A stretch of DNA of 64,000 nt from Geobacter sp. UBA5735. GTDB lineage: Bacteria > Desulfobacterota > Desulfuromonadia > Geobacterales > Geobacteraceae. The notes under the pieces are model-generated. The model was not told the DNA's origin. It saw nothing but the letters and a program-made list of their open reading frames with translations, and searched no databases. Made by a program: the position numbers and the translations under genes. Of the stretch, positions 16,582 through 22,958 are shown in pieces. Numbering within the stretch: the stretch's first letter is position 1; every line of letters starts with the position of its first letter. The stretch is taken from NCBI GenBank assembly GCA_002419385.1, contig DIFZ01000024.1, forward strand, positions 749-64,748, written 5' to 3'.

Positions 16582-17607
16582 CTACCCCTTGCCGAAACTG
16601 CAGGCGGGGTAGCGGCACGCTTCACAGTCGAGACAGTAGCCGCCATGACCCAGTGCGACTATGTCTGCGCGACTTACGCGCTCACCTGCAAGTATTCTCG
16701 GTACGATCAGTTCAACTATCGTTGCCTTGTGATACATGGCGCATCCGGGAACGCCGATGATCGGCACATCGCCGATGTAGGCAAGCATGAACATGGACCC
16801 CGGAAAAGTGGGCGCCCCGTACGTGACGACGTCAGCTCCACTAGCCTTGATTGAAGCGGGGGTGCGGTCATCAGGGTCAACCGACATCCCGCCGCTTGCA
16901 ACGATCATTTCTGCACCTTCTGCCAGGAGCTGCCGGATGGACGCAACAATCACCGACGGGTCATCGGGGGTGAATATCTGCCGCATGACGGTGCTGCCTA
17001 CCTCGGCAAACTTGGCACGCAGGACCGGGCCGAACCGGTCTTCGATCCTGCCGTGGAACACTTCGTTCCCGGTCGTGACGAGGCCGACTTTCAGGGAACG
17101 GAACGGTTTTATTTTGACAACAGGCCCGTATTCCCCGCAGATCCTTTCAACGGCGAGGATCCGGTCGTTGTCGGTATAAAGGGGTATGATGCGTGTACCT
17201 GCGACCGGCATGTCAGCTGAGACCTGCTGATCGGAATGAAGGGTTGCAAGGACGATCTGCTCTATGGAATTAATTTCCTGGAGGGCGGCTGAGTTGACTT
17301 TGATGAGACCATTACGGGCAGAGACCAGCTTGACCTTTCCTTCGGACGGCTCAGAAAAAACGATGCCCTCCCCCGCAGCCGCCCGCGCTATCCGGAGTGC
17401 GGCGTCATTTTCATGCACGAAACCTTCCTTGAGATCAAGGACATATATGTTGTCTTTGCCCAGCTTCAGCAGTTTCGGGACATCTTCTTCCTTTATGACG
17501 TGCCCCTTTTTGAACGCACGCCCCTTGAATTCTCCCGGGACGATGCGGGTTATGTCATGGGAAAGAACCCTGCCGACTGCTTCCTGGACGGGGATGGATT
17601 TCATCAT
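16582..17607 (-). CDS. MoeA-like molybdopterin-binding protein (MoeA N-domain plus MoCF_biosynth domain, Cys-rich tail, no MoeA_C)
   Basis: Start set at the ATGATG at 17607 (AGGAG upstream). It has IPVQEAVGRVLSHDI (MoeA-like) and LKVGLVTTGNEV...ASGGMSVDPDDRTP (MoCF domain). The C-terminal tail is GHGGYCLDCEACRYPACSFGKG. Confidence 0.7.
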   Translation of the reverse strand: MMKSIPVQEAVGRVLSHDITRIVPGEFKGRAFKKGHVIKEEDVPKLLKLGKDNIYVLDLKEGFVHENDAALRIARAAAGEGIVFSEPSEGKVKLVSARNGLIKVNSAALQEINSIEQIVLATLHSDQQVSADMPVAGTRIIPLYTDNDRILAVERICGEYGPVVKIKPFRSLKVGLVTTGNEVFHGRIEDRFGPVLRAKFAEVGSTVMRQIFTPDDPSVIVASIRQLLAEGAEMIVASGGMSVDPDDRTPASIKASGADVVTYGAPTFPGSMFMLAYIGDVPIIGVPGCAMYHKATIVELIVPRILAGERVSRADIVALGHGGYCLDCEACRYPACSFGKG

Positions 17608-17715
17608 CCTCGGATTTCTCCTTTTGATTTTAAGCTTTTTTCCGCGGTAGCGCGGCTCCAGCCGGCTGGTTTTCCCGCACAGTCTGCACAGAGGGAGACC
17701 GGTTTCTTCTCCAGA

Positions 17716-17761
17716 ATGAAAAACCCGCATCAATACTGAATTCATTCAGTATCAATGCGGG
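17716..17761 (-). terminator. intrinsic terminator/attenuator inside the MoeA-like leader
   Basis: Minus-strand RNA: CCCGCAUUGAUACUGAAU-GA-AUUCAGUAUUGAUGCGGG then UUUUUCAUUC. The arms are 18 nt and contain two G.U pairs. Those would be C/A mismatches on the plus strand, so the hairpin is strand-specific. It sits about 110 nt upstream of the start codon and about 150 nt downstream of the predicted promoter. Confidence 0.7.
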
Positions 17762-17802
17762 TTTCGTTAGGTCCGCACGGTGCGGAGGACGAAATCGGCG
17801 CT
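17757..17802 (-). promoter_or_regulatory. conserved structured leader motif, copy A
   Basis: Minus-strand RNA: AGCGCCGAUUUCGUCCUCCGCACCGUGCGGACCUAACGAAACCCGC. It has an outer helix UUUCGU/ACGAAA and an inner hairpin UCCGCA/UGCGGA. Its 3' CCCGC is the first part of the terminator stem. A second copy lies at 22185..22229. Confidence 0.6.
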
Positions 17803-17914
17803 TTGATCTATCCGGCTAGCTTCAACAGGTGTCGAGATGTTTCATCGGATCGCTTGTCGTGAGGTTCCCTGTTTCCGGTGAAGCATGGCATATCGGGTAC
17901 AACGCTGCAGAGGT

Positions 17915-17948
17915 ATCGTTATTTATCATGTTATATAACCATATGCAA
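17915..17948 (-). promoter_or_regulatory. ModE-type operator (box 2) overlapping a sigma-70-like promoter
   Basis: The plus strand reads ATCGTTATTTA-TCATGT-TATATAACCAT (17915..17942), with 2 mismatches to the ATCGnTATATA-N6-TATATAnCGAT pattern. On the minus strand, TTGCAT (17948..17943) is followed by a 17-nt spacer and then TAAATA (17925..17920). The box therefore covers the spacer and the -10. Confidence 0.75.
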
Positions 17949-18202
17949 GAAATTTTTTCCTCATCGAAACGTGGCCGAAAAAAGATATTTTTCTTGCAAA
18001 GCGAAAAAAAAGCTGTCTCCCGGTCAAAAACCTCGCCGACGAATACATGAAGCTCGTGCACCATATCCCCGCTGCCTGTATTCCGTCATTCCGACGACAA
18101 CCCGAATCCTGTAATTTCAATTATATGCGGAAGTACCTCACCCCGATTTCCAACGGGTGAAGATTTTTTCGAACCGACACGGTGAGTAAGTAAACTTTTT
18201 TC

Positions 18203-18236
18203 TTGCATTTCGTTATTTAATTTGTTACATAACGAG
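18203..18236 (+). promoter_or_regulatory. ModE-type operator (box 3) overlapping the promoter of the modE-like gene
   Basis: TTGCAT (18203..18208) is immediately followed by TTCGTTATTTA-ATTTGT-TACATAACGAG (18209..18236). TACATA sits 17 nt after the -35. The geometry is the same as for box 2. Confidence 0.7.
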
Positions 18237-18346
18237 TGGATATTCTCCCATATCCATTCTTTCCTTGGCCCCATGTTGCCCAGCATGGGGCCTCCCTTTA
18301 ACACCTTTCAGAAACTTCGGCAGTATACGGAAAAAGGATTCCTCAC

Positions 18347-18703
18347 ATGGACAACAAAAGAATAGACATGTCCGGCAAAATCTACCTCCACCTGAAAGAC
18401 TGCAAACCCCTTGATATGGAAAGCATAGCGCTTCTAGAAAAGGTCGACATCCACGGGTCGATAGCCCGCACTGCGAGAGAGATCGGCATCAGCTATCCGA
18501 AGGTATGGCATACTATCGACACGTTGAACAGACTGTCATCCAAGCCCCTGGTGGTAAAACTGGCCGGTGGCAAAGGCGGCGGCGGCGGCACATTCCTCAC
18601 TGAAGAGGGCAGAAAGTTCATCAAACGTTTCAAGTCAATACAGCGGACCCACGAAAGGTTCATCCGGCAGCTCGAAGACAAATGGCACGGGAGCCGCAGG
18701 TAA
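18347..18703 (+). CDS. modE: ModE N-terminal-domain-only winged-helix regulator (no molybdate-binding Mop domains)
   Basis: 118 aa. The block LLEKVDIHGSIARTAREIGISYPKVWHTIDTLNRLSSKPLVVKLAGGKGGGGGTFLTEEGRKFI is the ModE/LysR-type HTH with the characteristic Gly-rich loop. The ORF ends where the di-Mop domain of full-length ModE would begin. Confidence 0.8.
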   Translation: MDNKRIDMSGKIYLHLKDCKPLDMESIALLEKVDIHGSIARTAREIGISYPKVWHTIDTLNRLSSKPLVVKLAGGKGGGGGTFLTEEGRKFIKRFKSIQRTHERFIRQLEDKWHGSRR

Positions 18704-18834
18704 GGGCCTCGCGGGAGGAAAACTCCGGCTGCCCTTCACCCTAGCTCCTCTGCCTGCTCCATGCAGCGGGAGTACACAGCCCGTCCACCAATCGGCAATA
18801 CCCGCGGACAGGCCGTTAATCACTGGTCCCCAGC

Positions 18835-19242
18835 TCAATCCAGGTCATCATGGGAGTGATCGCACCCGCCGCTGCCATCCCCGCAACGGCCTGCCTCTGC
18901 ACTGCATTGCTTTTTCACTTCCGGCAGCTCCTGCCTGCCGAACAGTTCCGCATTTTCCCTGACGCTTTCCGATTGCGCCTCGTAGACCATGAATCCCATC
19001 ATGTTCAACAGTTCCAGGAGGTTGTCGCCTATTCCGCCGACGACCACTCCGTCCAGTTCGCTGCCGGCCAGGGCTTTGAACGGATTGCACCCAGCCTCAG
19101 GGGCGGACCTGTCTTGGTTGGGGACGGCCGATGTTGCTTCGGTTTCGGTATCAACCAACAAAAAGTGGGGCGCTGAAGCGAAGTGGCCGTAAATACGGCT
19201 TTCCATCCCCTCATCCTCGATTACGGGAAAACATACTTTCAT
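18835..19242 (-). CDS. NifB/NifX-type (dinitrogenase FeMo-cofactor-binding domain) protein, orange-protein-like, with Cys/His-rich tail
   Basis: Start set at MKVCFPV. The blocks HFASAPHFLLVD...DGVVVGGIGDNLLELLNMMGFMVYEA fit the Nitro_FeMo-Co fold. The tail is CSAEAGRCGDGSGGCDHSHDD. Confidence 0.7.
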   Translation of the reverse strand: MKVCFPVIEDEGMESRIYGHFASAPHFLLVDTETEATSAVPNQDRSAPEAGCNPFKALAGSELDGVVVGGIGDNLLELLNMMGFMVYEAQSESVRENAELFGRQELPEVKKQCSAEAGRCGDGSGGCDHSHDDLD

Positions 19243-19330
19243 ATCCAAAAACCTCCAATGAGATAACGGGCAGTCCATGCCCGGACAAAAACTGAATGCC
19301 TGCCGTCAAGCCGGCTGACACCGCCAGTAC

Positions 19331-20680
19331 CTACGGAGCTTTCATTTCTTCCATGACCAATGCCTTGCCCACCAGGTCCATCACGCCGCCGCACACCGTA
19401 GCCCCCATGCCGTAATGCTTCAGGACAAGGGGGAGTTGTGCTTTGCAGCTGGCACAGGGCGCAGCGACATAATCCAGCGGCTGAAGCGCTTGTATCTGCC
19501 GAGCTTTCATTTTTCCGAACTGCATGCGCAAATCGTGCATTTCGTCCATGAGCAGACCGGAACCGCCCCCGCAGCAGAAATTGCGCTCCCGGTTGGGGGA
19601 CATTTCGACGAATTCTTCTACGCAGGCCTTGACGATCTGCCTCGGCGAATCCAAAAGTCCTGTCCCTCTGCCATAGTTGCAGGAGTCGTGGAGCGTTGCC
19701 CTCAGGGGCAGCCGGGTGAGATTCAGCTCCGGGAGCCGTTTCGCCACGTAATCCAGGACATGTTCCAGATGAAAAGGAACGGGGCCGTTCGCACCTTCGG
19801 CATACATCCGGGCTGCACGCCAGCCATGGCCGCACTCTCCCAGAATCACATGCCTGGCACCGACCGCCGCCGCAGCCGTCCGCATACGTCGGTCATGCTT
19901 TTTAAGAATCTCCACATCGAAGTGAAGGCCGTAGTTCGCAGCCTCAAGCATGACCGAAGAGAGAGTCCAGTCGACTCCCAGTATGTGGAAGACCTTGGCT
20001 GCCCCCAGCAGTGTCTCCACATTGGTAAAGAGTTCTGATGATGACGGCAGGAACAGGACTTCGGTGTGCGGTTTGTCAACCGGAATCCTGATGTCGATGC
20101 CGGTTTCATCGCGCAATTCGTCTTCCAGAAAGGAGCAGCTGTCGATGATGGCCGGCTTGAGAATTCCGCTGTTGTTTCCCGTCTGGAGTTCATTGCGGCC
20201 GATAGTGACCAGAAAGCTCGGTGCAATCCCCATCCGGAGCAGGATGTTGCGCCCGGCAAGGACGATTTCTCCCGTGTCGATACCGCAGGGGCAATAAACG
20301 GCACAGCGGCGGCACACGGTGCACTGGTAAAAGTAGCTCGCCCACGTGTCGAGAGTATCGGCATCGAACTCCCGTGCGCCGGCAAAACCGCGGAACAGTC
20401 TGCCGGACCAGGTGAAATACCTCGCGAATATGCTGCGCAGCAGACCGGCCCGTGCTGCGGGCAGGTTATTGAAATCGTCCGTCCCCAGGTAACTGTGGCA
20501 GGCTTTGGCACACGCCCCGCACCTGGTGCAGGTTTCCAGCATGACCGAAAACGACCTGGCAAATTTCCTGAACTCATCCAGCAGGTCGAGAGTCCGTTCC
20601 TTCATGGAAGACTCGTCGACCTGTTCGATGCCGAGATGGTGCAAATCCTCCTTTTTCGCCGGATGATAGGGCAGGTTCAC
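19331..20680 (-). CDS. dsrK: DsrK/HmeD-like FeS protein with CCG domains
   Basis: 449 aa. It has CTRCGACAKACH...LLRSIF and CTVCRRCAVYCPCGID (2x[4Fe-4S]), plus C-terminal CCG motifs (HDSCNYGRG, NFCCGGGSG). There is a GTGA overlap with the DsrM-like stop. Confidence 0.75.
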   Translation of the reverse strand: MNLPYHPAKKEDLHHLGIEQVDESSMKERTLDLLDEFRKFARSFSVMLETCTRCGACAKACHSYLGTDDFNNLPAARAGLLRSIFARYFTWSGRLFRGFAGAREFDADTLDTWASYFYQCTVCRRCAVYCPCGIDTGEIVLAGRNILLRMGIAPSFLVTIGRNELQTGNNSGILKPAIIDSCSFLEDELRDETGIDIRIPVDKPHTEVLFLPSSSELFTNVETLLGAAKVFHILGVDWTLSSVMLEAANYGLHFDVEILKKHDRRMRTAAAAVGARHVILGECGHGWRAARMYAEGANGPVPFHLEHVLDYVAKRLPELNLTRLPLRATLHDSCNYGRGTGLLDSPRQIVKACVEEFVEMSPNRERNFCCGGGSGLLMDEMHDLRMQFGKMKARQIQALQPLDYVAAPCASCKAQLPLVLKHYGMGATVCGGVMDLVGKALVMEEMKAP

Positions 20681-21498
20681 GTCTGCCCTCCCCTATCCAC
20701 CGGTCCCTGTGCAGCTGCGTGAAGGGCAGCATGAACCCTGCGTGCCGCAAAGCGCGACCGGGGAGCGGCGCCTTCCGCGGTCGGACTGGCCGGGGGAGCT
20801 TCCATGAGCATCGCCCGGTTGACGATGGAACCGGCAGCGTGGAGCAGGCGTGAAAAGGGGAAATACAGCAACAGGATGTTCGCCAGCAGAAAATGGCTGA
20901 CGAACATCGGGCTGTCGGGCAGCGCCGCGGAACGGAACATGATGAGATCGCTCATGTAAGCCCTGACGGCGGGGAGATCCGCTTGAAAACCGGGCAGGTA
21001 CATCATGATTCCCGAGACGGCAAGCGCCATGAGCAGCAGCAGGTTGAAAAAATCTTCCGCCACGGAAAGCTTCCTGACCTCCGGATTGACGATTCTGCCG
21101 ATGAGAAGCGCGTAAAGCGAGAGCACCATCACGCCACCCGACAGCCCTCCCAGCAATTTTGACATGAATCGGCTCGTTCCAGGGCTCACGCCGACAAGGG
21201 TAAACTGGTCACGAAGACAGTATATCCCGACCACATGGCCTGCGATAACCAGCCCCAGAGACAGGTGGAACAGCCAGACCCGAAGCCAGAGTGCCTTGTC
21301 TTCGCGGAAAATGCGGCCGCAGAAAAAAAACTCCCCTGCGAGAGCCGCGACCTTTCCCATCGTGTTCCGTGGTGCGGGAAAAAGCGTGATGTGGAACGGG
21401 ACAGGCTTTTTCAACCATCCCGCGATCTTCATAACCGTTCCGGAGATGAAGACAGCACAAGCCGTATAGGGAAGAAGTGCTCCCAGCAGAAACTCCAT
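20677..21498 (-). CDS. dsrM: DsrM/NarI-like membrane cytochrome b
   Basis: 273 aa, about 5 TM helices. The start resembles nitrate reductase gamma subunit family proteins (LLPYTACAVFISGTVMKIAGWLKKPVPF). Conserved His residues lie in the helices. Confidence 0.7.
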   Translation of the reverse strand: MEFLLGALLPYTACAVFISGTVMKIAGWLKKPVPFHITLFPAPRNTMGKVAALAGEFFFCGRIFREDKALWLRVWLFHLSLGLVIAGHVVGIYCLRDQFTLVGVSPGTSRFMSKLLGGLSGGVMVLSLYALLIGRIVNPEVRKLSVAEDFFNLLLLMALAVSGIMMYLPGFQADLPAVRAYMSDLIMFRSAALPDSPMFVSHFLLANILLLYFPFSRLLHAAGSIVNRAMLMEAPPASPTAEGAAPRSRFAARRVHAALHAAAQGPVDRGGQT

Positions 21499-21520
21499 GC
21501 ATCATCCTTGCTGCATCGTG

Positions 21521-21838
21521 TTACAGGCAACCTGCCGGCTTGGGAAGGCCTGCCACTTTGCAGGCTCCTTTCGCGGGACCGGGTGGGAACAGATCCTCGA
21601 TCTCCTTCAAGGCCAGCCCGGTATCCTTGCAGAGCTTCCGGATCATCGGAGCAATGCGGAACCGCTCATAATAATCACGCAGGTAGTAGATCACCCGCCA
21701 GTGATTGTCCGTAAACTCTGCAATGTTCACCAGTGCCCCGTATGCCCTGGCCACATCCTCGCTCCATTCTTCCGGATGCACGAGAAAACCATCTTCGTTG
21801 AGTTCAACAAGTTTTCCGTTAACCTTGAGATACGCCAT
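21521..21838 (-). CDS. dsrC: DsrC-type sulfur carrier (TusE/DsrC/DsvC family) with both C-terminal cysteines
   Basis: 105 aa. It ends ...GPAKGACKVAGLPKPAGCL, which has the penultimate Cys plus a second Cys 10 residues upstream. This is nearly identical to the Desulfovibrio DsrC tail as I remember it. Confidence 0.85.
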   Translation of the reverse strand: MAYLKVNGKLVELNEDGFLVHPEEWSEDVARAYGALVNIAEFTDNHWRVIYYLRDYYERFRIAPMIRKLCKDTGLALKEIEDLFPPGPAKGACKVAGLPKPAGCL

Positions 21839-21947
21839 GACATTACAGCCCTGAATTCACGTTGTCCCAGTGAACTAGTTTATGGTAAAAGTCTTGCGCG
21901 GTGTTCCCGTCGCGGGGCAGGAGGCTGCCAACCGGTTGCGTCCAGGT

Positions 21948-22118
21948 TCAGCTGCCGTATATATTGCTCAGGGTATAGGTAAGACACTTGGTGCATTGCC
22001 ATTTGTATTGGCCCAAATGATCATGGCAGAACCATGCACCACATTTCGAACATTTCTTGTTCAGGTAGTACTCGGTATCTATCTCTTTGTTGCATGTGGC
22101 ACATTTTTCAATCGACAT
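21948..22118 (-). CDS. small Cys-rich zinc-ribbon protein (hypothetical)
   Basis: This is the internal ATG of the track ORF 21948..22256. Sequence: MSIEKCATCNKEIDTEYYLNKKCSKCGAWFCHDHLGQYKWQCTKCL. AAGGG lies 7 nt upstream. It sits right after the leader motif and terminator (copy B). Confidence 0.4.
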   Translation of the reverse strand: MSIEKCATCNKEIDTEYYLNKKCSKCGAWFCHDHLGQYKWQCTKCLTYTLSNIYGS

Positions 22119-22140
22119 GGGTATCCCTTTCAGATTCCGG

Positions 22141-22188
22141 AAAAATAAACGCACCCCTGAAATGCCGGTATAAGCGGCTCTGGTGCGG
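22141..22188 (-). terminator. terminator-like hairpin plus U-run after leader motif copy B
   Basis: Minus-strand RNA: CGCACC-(26 nt with an inner GCCG/CGGC stem)-GGUGCG followed by UUUAUUUUUCC. It is weaker than copy A. Confidence 0.45.
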
Positions 22189-22229
22189 GTTTCGTTGGGT
22201 CTGCTGAAGCAGAGGACGAAATGTGCGCT
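22185..22229 (-). promoter_or_regulatory. conserved structured leader motif, copy B
   Basis: Minus-strand RNA: AGCGCACAUUUCGUCCUCUGCUUCAGCAGACCCAACGAAACCCGC. The outer helix and flanks are the same as in copy A. The inner hairpin is UCUGC/GCAGA, with a compensatory C:G to U:A change relative to copy A. Confidence 0.6.
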
Positions 22230-22302
22230 CTGGCTGTTGTGTGGAATGGCCGACAAAAGGATCGGAGTGCACGGAGATTGCCTTGCAGCGATGGAACATA
22301 AC

Positions 22303-22476
22303 CTACTTGAATGTTTCGGTTTTCTCTATATAGCTGACCCCTCCGTCCTTGAAGGAAATGACCACTTTCCCGGAAAAATTGTCCGGAATTATGTTCAACT
22401 CCGAAAGAGTGTCGGAAACTTTCCTCTTCCAGACCGAATTCGGCACCCTTATGTCTGTGACGACTTGCCTTCGCAT
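22303..22476 (-). CDS. YezD/DUF2292-like small protein
   Basis: This is the internal ATG of the track ORF 22303..22545. The C-terminus GKVVISFKDGGVSYIEKTETFK matches the remembered DUF2292 pattern (G-x-V-x-I-x-x-x-D-G-x-V-x-x-I-E-K-T-E). Confidence 0.5.
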   Translation of the reverse strand: MRRQVVTDIRVPNSVWKRKVSDTLSELNIIPDNFSGKVVISFKDGGVSYIEKTETFK

Positions 22477-22719
22477 GAAATTTTTCGATGCCCCCCCGAA
22501 AGCCCATGGCCATGGAAATTCCGTACCAGCACCGGCATTTTCCATGCGAAGCCTCCGCTTCCCGTTTCCTCTTGGAATGTACTCAGTGAATGAATTGCTG
22601 CGTGGTGTTCAGGCATTGCGGCTTAGTGGCAAACAGAGCCAGGCCTGAGGTTTTCAATCGACAACGCAGTTCAACCAGTCAGAAAAAAAAGCTGTTTCCG
22701 GATGGAAATCACCTATCGT

Positions 22720-22761
22720 TTGCACCATTCGTTATATATATTATTAAACAACGGAGTGCAA
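22720..22761. promoter_or_regulatory. ModE-type operator (box 4) bracketed by inverted -35-like hexamers
   Basis: TTGCAC (22720..22725), then ca, then TTCGTTATATA-TATTAT-TAAACAACGGA (22728..22755), then GTGCAA (22756..22761). The left half-site is near perfect and the right half has 4 mismatches. It lies in the divergent region between the yezD-like gene and the MOT1-type transporter gene. Confidence 0.6.
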
Positions 22762-22958
22762 GAGAATTTTTCTGCCCGGCACCCATGGTCATCCCGCAAA
22801 TCCCGTAAACATTCTTGACGATGCGCGACCGAACGGGTAACCTTGCACATCGGCGTGATGGTCACTTACCGCGGACGGCCATGCTCCCGCGAACCTCCAG
22901 AAAAGATTCAAACGAGCAAATCGCCCCGGCCGACATTACAACCTGGATATTGAAATAC

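Noticed and set aside
18081-18109. 17-nt match TCCGTCATTCCG(A/G)CGAC shared with 59841..59860 (opposite strand)
   Set aside because: It is a single short match with one mismatch, and the flanks do not align. That is too little to call a dispersed repeat or MITE remnant without a genome-wide count.
17822-18304. Five small overlapping ORFs (64-80 aa) in the AT-rich region between the MoeA-like and modE-like genes
   Set aside because: They have no RBS, mutually overlap on both strands and have odd composition. The region is better explained as promoters, ModE operators and a leader RNA.
22814-22848. Alternative sigma-70 promoter TTGACG-17 nt-TAACCT and a riboswitch in the ~110-nt leader of the MOT1-type gene
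   Set aside because: The promoter is possible but unsupported beyond hexamer similarity. The leader shows no copy of the conserved motif found at 17757 and 22185, and no terminator.
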